64,000 bases of DNA from Chrysomallon squamiferum. Taxonomy: Eukaryota > Animalia > Mollusca. Below are positions 42,301 to 56,900 of this stretch, piece after piece. Numbering within the stretch: position 1 is the stretch's first letter; every line of letters starts with the position of its first letter. Made by a program: the position numbers and the translations under genes. The stretch covers positions 16,306,001 to 16,370,000 of the forward strand of contig CM022679.1 of the NCBI GenBank assembly GCA_012295275.1. The letters run 5' to 3'. The notes under the pieces were generated by a model. The model was given only the letters and a program-made list of their open reading frames with translations, had not been told where the DNA came from and made no database searches.

Positions 42301-45300
42301 TATCATAGCATGAACTAAACGATGAACTACTAAATCAATATACCGCCGCAGTGGGCTAGTGAATGTTGTGTATACATCTAGATTTAGTGAAAAATGTCCT
42401 TGGTTGGAAAAAGTAAGATCACCTGAACATTTATAATATGAGTTACTGCAAATCTTGTTAAGGGCTGACTGAGCTAAAGCTAACCGTGGGTGATTTTTGG
42501 GTTCAAGAATCAGATTCTGTGCAAGCTCCAGATTATCTAAATCTGATGCCTCACAAATTGCAGTCCAAACATCTTTATTGACATCCAGTGTGTTCAGGGC
42601 TTTTACTTCATTTCGACGGATATAGGTAAAGATACAGGTACATGCTACTTGACAGCTGCATGTTCTTTGTCCTTCAAGAAATGGCTTTGTAAGTGCCACC
42701 GTATTCATTGCACTGGATGCATGCTGGCTCTTCCACTGTTCTGCTTTCTGAGGATTCAGAGGTTGTTGACAAAGGAGTGGAGTGGTTTGTGAGTAACACT
42801 TTAGAAGTTTTTTTGCTATATGATGGTTTGTGGTGATCATAAGGTCCTCAACCATCTGTTTTGCTTTAGGAGTTTTCATTTCCAAAGGATCAAGGCTAAC
42901 AACATGTGAACCATTGCCTAACCTGCTGCTTCTCCAAAGCTGAGCAATCTGATGGAGTACAAGAATGCAGCTTTTGAGATAGTCTGTCTCTGCTGCTGCT
43001 GGGTCACATAAAATATCTTCAACCTCTTGATAAGAAAACTTCCGCTTTGAATTAATAATGCATTTCTTAGCAGTGACATTTGTTATTTCCCCTGTTGTGG
43101 TCACACTCAGAAAGATTGACAAAGTTAACCTATCTTTTCCTGGATTCAAACTGCAGAGATCAACACTCAATTTCTCTGGCAACATATGAACTGGAGCATC
43201 TGCCAGTGGAAACAAAGAACAAGCTCGCTGCAAGGCTTCGGCATCAACATGTGTGTCTCTCTTGACAAAATAGGACACATCAGAAATATGAACTCCCACT
43301 TCATAGTTGCCATCTGGAAGCTGATCAATACTCAGTGCATCTTCCAAATCATTTGTAGAGGGAGCATCAATTGTAAAACACCATCTGTCAGTGATGTTGA
43401 GTCTTGTTTGATAAACTTCATTTGGTAACTGGCGGTTGAGTTGATATAGTTTGTCAGTTTCATTTACTGTTTCTGGTTTGTACTTTTTATGTACATTATA
43501 TTCAATATCCAAAATTGCCATACCTTCTTTCACTGTTCTTCCTGCACTTATTACTCCTATAACAATTCCCAGAGGACAGCAAAATTTGGGTTCCCATTTC
43601 AGGTAGTGTACCAAAAAAAGTTTTTCTTGTACATTAGATGAATTTATTTTTTCATAATGACTAAACTTAATTTCCTTGGCTTTAGTAAACTGATAGACAC
43701 TAACTGCTCCTTTCTTCACCTTCTGGATTCTATTTTCTGGACAAATGTTGTAAATTTTTGGGAGGCCTCTGTTCAGTGGAATCAAAGAACCGGTGTTGTT
43801 TATGTCCACAGTACAAATAAAAGATCTATTATGTGGGTCCATAACTCGTTTTAAGATACCAACTACTTTGCCATATACATTAGTGTCTTTATCTGTAATA
43901 TCATTATCAGGCTGGAGTAATTCTACAACAACTTCATCAAGGTGAAAAGCTTGTCCACAAAGATCTCTTCTACTAATTTTTATTTCTTGAATGGATGATG
44001 TGTAATCAACTGGACTTGCATACATTTGTTGGGAAGACTCAATATGTAGAACGCAGTGCTTGTAAAGATTTGAATCACTCTTCAATAGGTCTGTTAGTTG
44101 TTTTGTGTCATAATTACTAAAATCTGACTGTCCAGAAATGTCATATAAACATTCATCATCAACAACTATTTCTGATTCAAAATCAATTACATTAACCGTT
44201 GATAGGTATTTTGTGTTGTCATTTCTTGCTTTCTTTCTATCATAATATACTACAGCAAATCCATTCTCTTCTTTCACTTTAATGCATTCAGTATTTAACA
44301 TATTATCATTAACTTCAATATTTTCTTCTCTAGGTGGCAGAATTCCTTGAGCTGTTGCTTGTTTCTGTAATTCAGACAGTCTGTTAGCTTTAACAACTTC
44401 CTTGGCAAGATGCTTGTATATGTCATCTGGCTCAACCACACAATCAATTACCCAGTCCTCAATAAGTGGCAACTCCTGTTTTAGAGGGTGGAAAGTTTTT
44501 GACTTATGCCCGTTATCATTGTCAGAAAATGTTTTGGTTTCTTGTACAACTTTTTTCTTTCCAGGTTGAGCCATTATTCTGTTAGTCTGATGAGACATTT
44601 CCATGATTTCCTTCAGCCTCTGACCTTTTGGTGACATAAGCAGGTTGATCACATGGTTTTTGATGGACTCATAAGACAAATTTTGAGGATAAAGACTCTT
44701 CATGTTGTGACAGTGTTTGATATATGTACGCCATATCTGAACACATTCTCCAATAGAACAGAGAGCCACTGGGTCTCCCACTACTGCAACAAAAGACTGA
44801 GTTCTTGTCAGTGCAGTGTTGAGAAGCTTTGGATCAGAAAGAAAACCAAAGTCTCCTATGTCTCCATCACACTCTGCAGACTCCAAGACATTCTGAACAT
44901 GATCCGATTCCAAAAGATGTCGAGTTCGACAGGTACTGATAAATAAAGCTCTGAATTCCTTGCCTGAAATTCAATATACAGAAATAAAAATTAATAGACA
45001 GAAATTTAAAATTTATTTTTAAGGGAAAAATGCAGTCTTTATTAATTTGAATAAATTCTCTATTATGAGCCTAAATTTATAAAAATCAGGTTTTTGTCAT
45101 CATTAATTAAACAAATCATTCAAATTTTCAGTTTTGAAAACAGTTTAAATAAGATGATGTAATACTTTTGATGACAAATGTCTGTTGATAAATTTAAATA
45201 TCTTTAGCAAAAATATAACATTTAATTATTTATTATTGTATATTGTAAATACAGTTTACCAAGATATTTTAAATTTAACTGATTTTCTAATTTTCATATT

Positions 45301-48086
45301 AATATTCATGTTAATAGTTTCTTAAAACTCCTCAAAATATTCTGCTAGAATACCAAAACAACTTGTTTGTAACAAAAAATGTTTTCATTCTGTATAACTT
45401 ATAAACTGACTTTATTCAAATGAATGGAAGAAAGATGGAATACAGATGATTTGTAACAATATGCCTGCTGGGACACTAACCTTGAACTTCATTTATCATG
45501 TTGACAGCAACTTGACGCAGCTCCATCCTCTTCCTCCTCAGGGCAAGTCTGATCTGTTTCATCTGGAATCAGAAAGATCAAATTTCACAATACGTCCAAA
45601 TTATTTTTATGAGTTATAATTTAGAAGGGTTGAATTGCTAAGTAAGAATAGAAACCAATCAAGTCCCTTAAGTGCCAATGTCTCACAATTCTGTTCCCTA
45701 ACTGGTGCATCATGTACTTTAATGTGTATGGATCGATGAATGAAAGACTGTGATTGATCACTTGTTCTGTTATTATCAATGTACCAAAATGAATATATTT
45801 CCAATGCAAAATAAAACTGAGTCAAGTCAATCAGTTGTTTTCTTATTACTGATATATAAAAATGAATATATTTCAAAAGAAAAATTAAAATTGAGTCAAG
45901 TTGATGAAATCTGTAAGCTAACATCTTAAGAAGAGTTTGACAGGGCAAACTAATAACCTGATCATAGTAAGCAGTGACCACCATGATGCGGTCTGCTTGC
46001 TTTGGGCCCCATTCAACAGGCCAATTATTATACAGTTCATCCACTCTCTCCACCACTTCCTGTATCTCAGAGAAGTTGTAGTAGGAGGTGCTATCTGGCT
46101 CCTGTACCTCGCATCCCTGAACAGCATAGAACACTAATGGAGTAATTTCTAGCACTGATGGAATTGATCCCTGGGCCTTCAGCTTCTCAGGTCCACCATA
46201 AAATACTGCAGAAATGAATCTCAGAATTTCCATTTTTGTTCTGTAATTGATGCTGAGGAAGATATTGAGTGGACTTGAATATTTCTGATTCAGCTGTTCA
46301 CGGAAACTTTCATAATGTGTGAAGAGTCTCTGTAGAAGGGAGATGTGGAAGTTCTGAGATCGAGCCTCTGGACTGTAAACCCGAGGACTGATCTGCATGT
46401 GATCTCCAGTGAGAACTACGCAGGTCTTCTCATCTGCCAGGGACAATGGCATGATGGCCTCACACTCCAGAACCTGAGCTGCCTCATCAATGAAAACATG
46501 AGTGAAATAGCCTCGCAAATTCAGATGCAGCAATTCCAATGATGTTTCGACTGTGGTGATGACCAGACGATGCCCTGTTATATCATTTCTGGTAGCAGGT
46601 GTAAAAGCCGTATGATCAGTAGTGAAAATACAATATTTCTGAACTTCAGGGCTCACAGTATTAACACGACGATTTGGGGCATAAATACGTTGTAAAATAT
46701 TTTCCATTTTCCACTTTTTCAAGATAGGATCAAGATAATTTAAAATGTATCTGTCTGCAGCACTGCAAAGAAACAAAATAAGAATGATGATGACGATTAA
46801 AAAATAATAAGAAGAAGAAGAAGAAGAAGAAGAAAAAGAAGAAGAACATCAATACCTACTGTATAATAATTTTTGACTTTGTACACATCAGATATAAATT
46901 ACCATTGAATAGAGATTAAATTAATGTTAACTATTTCAGATTATCACAAAACTGAACTTTATGTCACTGAGATTAATTAATATGAATTTATTTAACATTC
47001 ATGAATGAGAATGCTACAACAATTCATGTTTCCACAGGTGTCGATTACTACAACCAATCAAAGTGTGCTATTTCCACACACCCATAATGTTATATTTTTG
47101 GTCGCCACATTCTCTCACAAGTGGTGTTTTTTATGTTGATCATTGTTTAATTCAGTTATTCAACAGGTGTTAATACTTCCTTTGTCAGAAAGCATTATTC
47201 ATAGGCAAGATGGTGAAGCAATGTGCTTGGGGGACATGCAAATCAGATGAATGGCATGAAATAGACAACATTTGACATATATTCTGTTTCTGAAACCAAA
47301 AACAATAGAAAAATGTTTAAAATGGATTTGACTCTGCAGACAACCACACTCTCAAGAAATGGCCCAATGAACCCACAGTGTAAAAAACAAAAAAACTGTG
47401 TTCTGTACGTGTGAATGCATATGACCAAAATTAGTTGTGAGGTGAAATCAAACTAAACCATTGGGCAATCTACTGCAAATGTTCAACTATTACAAATAGT
47501 CTTGCCAATGCAGCTTTAAGACACATGTATCATTTGTTATATTCTGGCTTGTTACTTTTCTTTTTTCTTTGCACCTAAAATAAACCATGCTGCAATATCA
47601 GTTTAATACCAAAATATACTCATCCAGCTTTACAGGAGCAGTTAGCCTCTGATAGCCGTTTTGTCACCAAGCACCATTGAATATGCAGTTTGTGTGCCAA
47701 GTCGTTTTTTCCTCATGGAACGCCAGCATCTTTCATTCACTTTTGGGTGATTTTTGTCAGAAATTTGTATATCATGGATGTAGCCTTGTGTAAATTTAAA
47801 CCTTTCTCTCATGCTTTCAGGAAGATATGAAACCAACACATCATCTGGAATACTTTTTAGATCAGCTATGCTATCAGCTACCAACTTTGCCATTTTGGAT
47901 GTCAGCTTGTGAGACATAGTAACAGTAACTAAGGGGGTGTGGCTTATGGAGTAATTGTGGAAACATGAATTGTCATAATCAACAAAAGATACAACACAGA
48001 ATATACCAGAAAAGCAGCATGGGCACAAATAAAATCATAACAACACTAAATATATCTTTTATTATTTATCACTTATTATATTCCAC

Positions 48087-48161
<75 letters not shown>

Positions 48162-48470
48162 CATTAAGAGTATTCAAGAAACCATTTCTCAGGGCTCATA
48201 GGGTGAAAAACAGAACTGAAAATTTATTGTAACACTGCAATAAATACCTGTTTGATTGTGCACAGATCAAAACCTTTGCTTCTGGAGACTCTTTTACTAG
48301 CACCATTGCAGCCTGTGCCAGTGTTTCTGTCTTTCCTGTACCAAATGGTCCATACATTATAAATGGTGGTGTGTAACCAGTCCTCCTAGCTACTATGTGT
48401 TTGACCGCTTTCACCTGGTCATCATTGAGCACTTTGGAACTGCAATAAAACAACTAAAATTTATATAACT

Positions 48471-48525
<55 letters not shown>

Positions 48526-51500
48526 CTTTTATTTCTGTGTTCTTCCAATAATAAGTTCAGCAAAGGCTGATAGACTCTTTTGTTTCAGTATCTAATCATA
48601 ACTGAATTTTAATCAGAGACAGATAGTACATACCAGGGAAACTGATTGAGGTAGAAATAACATGAATAAAAAATAATAAATAAAGAAAAAACAATGATTA
48701 TTGTGTTCTTGCATAAGAGGTTTAATAAAATCATCTATTTGTTTCAGATACAGATTTCATTAAAAAAGTAATTAAAACTAATGTTAAAATAGATCACCCA
48801 ATGTCTATGGTAAAAATAGTTTCGTCACCTGGTTGCAGTAACTGTGGATTTTGAATTATCTTTAGAACTATTTTGATTATTTAAATTTTTTAAACTTTTT
48901 GTTGAAACACAGTAATATAAATAAATAAATAAATAACAACAACAATAATGATGATAATAAGGAACTAAATAAAAACTTTTAAAATTGTGTACAATGATAA
49001 AAAAGATATACCTGATAGAAGAATATCTGTTCCCCAAGGAAAATGAATATTTGGCAAAATTAGTTGCCCATGCTTTAAGTTACAGAATTAGGGTGAAATT
49101 TTTAGACTTGGATAACAATACATTTCTTAAAAATCATTTTCCTCAATATTCTGACACCAGTGTATGAACTGTCCTCAGTATTTTGGTAAATAGAAATAAC
49201 AATCAGAAAAATAAAGTCATAAGCAGCAAGTCAGAGCAGATTATCCTTACTCCACTACACTACTGATTTTCCTAATGTTAAAGGATAAACAAAGGACAAT
49301 GTATATTCAGTAGAATAATTTATTTTTATTACATGTATGTGTACAGGGGGAAAATATATATGATAAGAAAGAGATAAACTTTTGTTCTGTGACTGCTGAT
49401 TGTAATGATTTCACAAGGAAAGTTAGTTCTGCTATTTACAGCTAAGTCTTATGATTCTGAATATGGTAATAAACTTAATTCTTTGATAAACCCAATAATC
49501 AAATCTTGTCCTTGGATATTTATTACTTTGTCTCCAAAATGCACCAGAATACACCATAATTTCCTCAGATTTTTTAGGGGTGCATGTCCCCAACCTATGA
49601 CATCAACAGAATAACAATAACATAGGACTCTGTCTTTTACTAGCTTTGTCTATTTTTGTTAGTGAGGCTACTGGTACCTACCTAATCTTAAAAATATGTT
49701 GTTCATTCCACTGAGGATTCATTTTGACAATGTTTGGAAAGACAATGTCAGTATCCTGCAGGCAGTCCACAGCAAAATGCATTCGGCAAAAATGAAGTCG
49801 ATTCATCTGGAACTGGACTTCTACCTCCAAATTTGTACCTGCCTGAAATAATACAAATATTGATAATAATGATAATAAAATACATATATAACAAACTAAA
49901 ACACACTTTATGTGTTTTTTATGGAAAATATGCACAAAAAATCCTTATATCTAAGGGCTTTAAAGCAACTGGTAATAAAAGGTAAATCCTAAATTTTGCT
50001 AATTTTGGGGTAAAATATTAATCCAAGCTCAGAACTGTCTAGTTTGTTATTTTTAAATGTCATATACAAAATGTGAGGCCTACCACATGGTTTCTTATAA
50101 CAATCATTATAAGATGAAACAGGAATGCAAGAGTTTCAAAATACAAAACAAATTTCAAAATTGATATACTAGGTTACTTTAACCTTCATTTGCTATTATT
50201 ATAAAATGAACCAGAATAAAAAATGGCTATATATTTATAAACATCAGGGATAAAAAAAAAATTGAAAAACATCTCTCAGGAAATGATTTAAGCCAAAAAA
50301 CAACAACAACAACAACAAAAAACAAACAAATTAACCTCTAATATTAAAATTAATCAAACCTTAAGATTCAGTGCTTGGACACAAACTGGAGGAATAGTAA
50401 GATAAATGTATTCCTTTCCACGACCATCAAATTCAGAAGTATTTGAATCCAAAATGTTTGCCTCATATACTTTTTCTTGACTGCAATTGGCTGGTGCAAA
50501 CCAGATCTTACTAACACTGGTAAGGATTAGACGACCAGCATTTGTGTCTGCAGTTAAATTGTCAGAGAGCGGCACTTTCATGAACAGTTCACCAGCTCTA
50601 GCACAGAACAAACCCTTTTTTTCAGAGATATTATCCATAATTTGAACTGCGGTACATATATTGTAACTGTAAAATAATAAAAATAACAACAATAAGAATA
50701 TTGGGAGATTCTAAATATTATGAGCTGATATCATAAGACAGTAACCAGTAATTCCATAAATATATTTATGTTTTATTTATTTATTTTTAAATTTAAAACT
50801 TGTATATATATCAAAAGGGGTACATCAAAAATAAATAAATAAAATATAATAAATACATTAAAACAAGGAAATTAAATATTAATAATACTGAATTACTGTA
50901 ATAAATGTTTTGTAAGTAAGTTAATAATAATAGAATAAAAATAACAGATTAATATGAAAATGTTCATCTGACAAGGAACTAGTTAAATCACCTGGAAATA
51001 ATTTGATGTCTGGTCAGTTCTTCCAGTTCCAACAATTTGTGCATCTTGTGAGTATAGTTGTTGCGGTTGAGCTCTGCTACAATGGTTTGTTGTGTGACGA
51101 CATATTCTGAAGCCTCTGGAGCCTTATATTTCCTCAGCAGGAAAGCATCTTTGTCTGTAGTAATTTCGGGCTGACAAATGATTTCTCGATTCTGATTTGT
51201 CCATCGGTCAAAGGACAGCTTCTGACGGAGTGACCTCACTTGACTGTGTATATCCTGGTTACCCACTTCAACAGACAATTTTCTAACTAACACTGGGTGA
51301 GTACCAAAGTCAAAAATAACCCACTGACTAAAAGAACCAAACATGCGTCCAGTAAACTGGACAGTCACATGGTAGCAGCACTCATTACCATTGTTATCAG
51401 TATCTTCCAAAACATCACCAGAGGCAATCTGATGACTTTTCCCATCTCCCAGCTGAATTGTAAAATGGAGTCTGTCTTTATCAAGCAGTAAAGCAGCTTT

Positions 51501-53923
51501 CAAAAGTTGAAACTGAAAAAAGAATATACAAATAAATTAATTATAAGAAATATTCTCAAAAGACAGCATAAACTATGTGGTTAGGTAGGAATCTATATAT
51601 GTGCAGGGATAGAATTTTAATTTTTTTTTTAAAGGCAAGATAATTGCTGTTTTGGATTTAATCAGAAATGCTAGGATACCAAGGCAAACATTTCATTCAA
51701 AGTAGAGACACCAAAGAAACTCAATGCTTAATAAGTTTTCAAGGAAGTCAATAATGCAGTTACAGCTTGTAAATATATTACAGCCAATTATTAATCAAAA
51801 CAATGGTTATTTCAATAACTTGTAACTTAAAAACTTCATAACTTTTCATATTTGGCTTTTTAATTCTATCCTACTTTAGAATATCTAGTTTACAAGTAAA
51901 GATAACATAAATACCTAATTAACATAATAACAACCTCATTTCTTGAGGTATCATATGATTAATTTGTGGAGTCAAGTTTCATGGGAAAGGCCAGAGGCAA
52001 ACCACATAGGGCAGATTTTGGGTTTTACTGAAGTGGTTATCGTCCACATTTTGAGGCACCACAGCAAGGAAGGAGGCAACCAGTACTGTGGTAAAATTCT
52101 AACCCTTTATGTATGTGTGTGTGTGTTTGTGTGTGTGCATGTGTAGTTTAATAATTGTGAAAATCTTACTTGTGACCTAATGAAAAAGGTCCACGTAATA
52201 ACTGCATTTTTTTCCTCTTTGTACAAATTAAGTTCATTATCACACTGGATGGAAACACCTGGCACTTCCTCAGATATCTGTAATAACAATATAAATAAAT
52301 GAATAAATAAATAAATAAATAAATAAAGGAAGAACAGAAAGAAAAAATAACAACAGTGAAAAAGGAACAAGTTAGTAGTTAGTAATATTGTGTTTGTTTT
52401 TTAAAAAATGAAATAAAATAAAATAAAAAAGAATAAAGGAAACAAAAGAATGAAAGAAAAATAGCTGCAAGATTTATTCTTTGTTCCACTAAACAGTTTT
52501 AGTATTTTAACTATACAAGACCCTGTAATTCATTCATCTGATACAATGTAATGAATGAATTAACTATTCAAAAAAAATGGTACGTACTACAGAAATGCCT
52601 GATTCAGTATTTTCGTAACTGTCAAGCAGTTCAGCCATGTAGGAGAAAACTTTCTGCTGTTTAGCCATTTCTCTCTTCATCTGGCGCCATTCGTACCGTT
52701 CCTTCCATTCATCCAGTTCTTCTTGTGAGTGTGCATACTTGCACAGATTGTACATTTCTTGAACATGCGAATACTGACATGATTCATCTGCCATGTGCCT
52801 AGTAAAATAGTATTAGTAAATATGATGACGACAACATTAATAACTAAGACAACAATGATGATAATAATAATAGTGTTAATGATTAACAATTACAATAATA
52901 ACATCACCATGATGAAGAAATAGCATTTCTTTTTAGTACAAATAATAAAGATAACATTAATACTACTATTATAGTAGTATACAAGTAATAATAATAAAAT
53001 TACAATAATATTAAAAACAATTATGAAGATAATATATTTGTTTTTAGTAATAATTATAATAGAAATAAAGATAGCAATTATAATAATGAACAAACAAGTG
53101 ATTATTTAATGATACCTTAACATATTGGTCTGTGAATGGTGATCAGGTATCAATATATGGTATTTATTTAATGATCATGTGAAACAGTAGTCCTGCTGTC
53201 ACAATTCTACTGGCTATATTAATCAATTAGGATCTTTTATATCCATCAATCCATAATTTAGAAAGAATTTGATAAACCAGTCTTAGTGCTCTGGCTTTAA
53301 CAATCTTTGTGTTAATGTGTTTTAGAATAGGGAAACAAGTCACTGGAGATGACTAATCCTGGGGCTACACTCATGACTTAGAATAAAACCCGATTGGATA
53401 TAATAATAAAAATAATACCTTTGACAAAGCCGATAACTAGTACCAACTATGCCCCATGGAGGTTGTCTGAAATTCCACTGATGGTCTTTGTCTGAGTTGA
53501 CATTGAAATTGTGCTTTTCTGAAGCACAATGGTCATCCCACTGTTTCTCACTGTTACACTGAATGCCACAGTACTGGCAGTAGTTGGTGCTTGTCTTGAA
53601 GTCTGATGGAGCAAACGGCATGCTTTTCCTGCTAACATCAACCACAGATTCCCCCTGTGTAATTTTTTTTTTAGCATTTTCTGCTTTCTGGCTTTCCTGA
53701 GCAAGTTCATCAAGTGTGTTAACTGAAATTTTTAATCATTAATTAATAATGCATCCTCACTTAAAGTAAGCCAGATTAAGTAACTTCACTAAAATGGTCC
53801 AAAAGTAGTCATTACTACACAAAGGCTGTCCTGTCTGATTTTAATGTGAAAGAATGCATAAACTTTAGTGTAATAATATGATGTAGTTACGTGTGAAAGG
53901 ATTAATATAATTCCACAGGACTC

Positions 53924-53956
<33 letters not shown>

Positions 53957-56900
53957 TCTGTGTGGCTGTGTACTATTAAATACTAAGTCTGAAGTCTGAA
54001 AGAAACCATAAAACATTTGACACTAAAACTTGAAATTCTTTGTTAATAGTTCAAAATGTTTACCCAAACCTAAGTATAGTTATTGCAATGAAGACTGTAT
54101 TCATTATAAAATTAAACAAATTCCTGAACTTACTGCCATTTTTGCACATCCACACCCACACCTCTTTCTCTTTTTCACTGTGAGCAAACTGACATGGCCC
54201 TCCAAGACTGTAGTCACATTTCTTTTTCTCCAAAATATATTTGCACATTATAAAATTCAGACGGTTAGGAATTTTTGCTGGAAGTGGTCTAATTTCTTTC
54301 AAATCTGGCATAAGCATGAATATTTTAATACGTTGCCAGTGATTGTGTTGTTTAACACACTTATCCAGTTTCCCATCCTGTTTGCTTCGGGTGCCATTCT
54401 TCCAGCAGGTGCCACAGAGTACTTGAATGTTGTAAGGACAGAGTTCTCGTGAAGGTTTCTCCTCTTCTGTATCATCTGCAGACTGGGATTTGTTTGCACT
54501 GCTAGCCTGAGCAGATAACAAACTGTTACATTTGTCAACAACCTGTTCTTGGGTGAGATTTCCATCTCGTTCACACATCCAAACATCACGTTCCACCATG
54601 CTGTGTGCAAATGGACATGTATCAATGGCAGATTTTTTGCAGAAAAGCATGAAGTGACAGATTTTGAAGTATGCTGTTTTGTGAACAAACTTTCTTCTTT
54701 TGATAATGGTGATTCCACCAAAAGAGCCAAAATGAGCTAGGACTTTGCAATCCATCCATGGATGGCCTCTGTTGCTACTGCAGAAACCATTTCTTCCCAA
54801 CTCTGCTATTCGTGGTGGACGATCATAAAAACACTTCTGACAGATAAATCGGAACTGTCCTCCATGCTTCTTTGTAAGATCTTCCACAGTGAATCCTCTA
54901 GTTTGTGAAGTCCCTGTTCTGTTCTGAAGAATGAACTCCGAGATACTGAATTTGCCTTCCTTTTCCAGACCCCAGAGAATCTGTTCCACTTTATTATGAG
55001 CATAACTACACCTCTCCTCACCAAATCTGCACAGTTCTGGTTGTTTATATGTGATACTATTGCAAATAATGTATCTTCCTGGAAATTCTCTATGGTTGGT
55101 ACGTTCCCTTACTCGCATCAGAATTGATGGGTCGCCTTTATTGTGCAAAACCAAAATATTCTGATCGCAACTGTGCTGGTGTGGTCTGTATACAAAATAA
55201 GTGGACTGTGTAGTAGGAGACAAACATTCTTTGCATAATATTTTGAAATCATATTGGTCTTTGAGTGGATTTTCTATAGTCTGTGTTCCTCTGGCTTCAG
55301 GAGTTTTCACATGATTCTGACCCCCAATATTATTAATTTGTGGTTGAGGTGGAAATGCAAAAGTAATATTTGGTGGTGGCACACTGAAGTCCTGCTGCAA
55401 TGGCTGTCCTTGAAATTGTGTTTGTACTGGTGGATCAACCTGCTGTTGTTGCTGAAAAGGATAACTTTTCTGGTCTTGCAGCAGGAATGAAGACATCTGT
55501 GATAGAAATTGCTGTGGCTGAAACGTTTGTTGTGTTTGATGTTGCTGCGGCTGAAAAGTTTGTTGTGTATGCTGTTGCTGTTGCTGCTGCAGTATCTGAG
55601 TTGATGCAGAACTTTTCTGAGATGATCCAGATGGCTGTGATGCTGGAGTTGATGGTCTGTTGTTTTTAGTATAGTTAAGTCCAGGAATAGCAGGCTCCTG
55701 TTTGCTAGATTTAGTCTCTGCTGGAACTGCTGCAGCTGGAAGCAAGCTGGAATCTGAAAACAACAATTCAGAATGCACAATGCAGTCATTTTCTTTTTAG
55801 TACTTGCTGGCAAAGCTATAAAACTCAGCAAACTTGTTTCAGGACTTTCTCGTCATAAGATAAAAGGAGTCATTTTGCTGCATAATTCTCTAAGGAAGTA
55901 ATTAGATACTAAATTCTATTTTCAACAATATTAACACTCTTTTCTCACTAACAAATTATCTATGAAGTTAGATTAAAATATAATTTGATCACACAGAAGA
56001 TGAATTGAAAAAAATGTCAGAAATCATTAGGCAAAATAAATTTGCTTCAACTTGAATCTACTCTCCTAGAATATTCAATGAATACATAAAGTTGTTTTTA
56101 TTATTTTTTTAAAATACATCCATACATAAAAATATTTATCCAATTTGTGTTTTATCATCTAAAATATAACCAAAACTGAGAAAGTAACATACATATTTTT
56201 CTGTTCCGCATATCAGTTATAAAACTTCGAATATTGAACTGCCCATTTCTGTCCATTTCCCAAAGCCTTTTTTCTGCAGCATGGTGAGGAAAGGTACAGT
56301 TCTCTTCTCCAATTCGACAAGGCACACCAGTCTGAAAATAAAAGGATTTTAAATTTAAAATATCCCTAGGTAGGATGTTCTTAACATATTTCACATGATC
56401 TAATAAGAGCTACTGAAGGTGAATCTAAACATTTGTTTTATAAGAAATATGTATTTAAGTTACTCATCTTTTATTATTATTCTTAATTAAAGATCAACAA
56501 TTCATCCAAAAACACTCACAAAAGTATTTTAAAAATACAGCAATTTTATGGGGTAAAAACAAATTTGTTTTTATTATCTTCAGTATTTTTTCAATATAAT
56601 TTACTATTTTAAAATCTTACTAATAAACAAATACCTCATTTTAAAATTTACAAAATATATACCACACGGAATTTTAGACTTTTATCCAACATCTGAAGTT
56701 AGAAAAATCCAGAGCTACTATCAAACCAAAAAAATGTGTCTGCCTCTGTCTAAGTAGTGTAAAATGCACTAATCTAATTTAACTGATAAATATAAATATT
56801 TTGCTTTCTGTACGCACCGTAAACTGCATACAGATCTTATAAGCTAGGAAGTATTGTCCTGCGGAAACAGCACGTGGTCTCACTCTTATCCAGTTTAGAT

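Noticed and set aside
51943-52100. GC-richer intronic patch considered as a snoRNA or extra exon
   Set aside because: No convincing C/D or H/ACA boxes with a terminal stem, and the flanking exons already join in phase. Probably a decayed repeat.
42071-55831. Plus-strand and alternate-frame ORFs overlapping HELZ2 exons (e.g. 54030-54452, 54299-54730, 55307-55831)
   Set aside because: Shadow ORFs of real coding exons, with no recognisable motifs.
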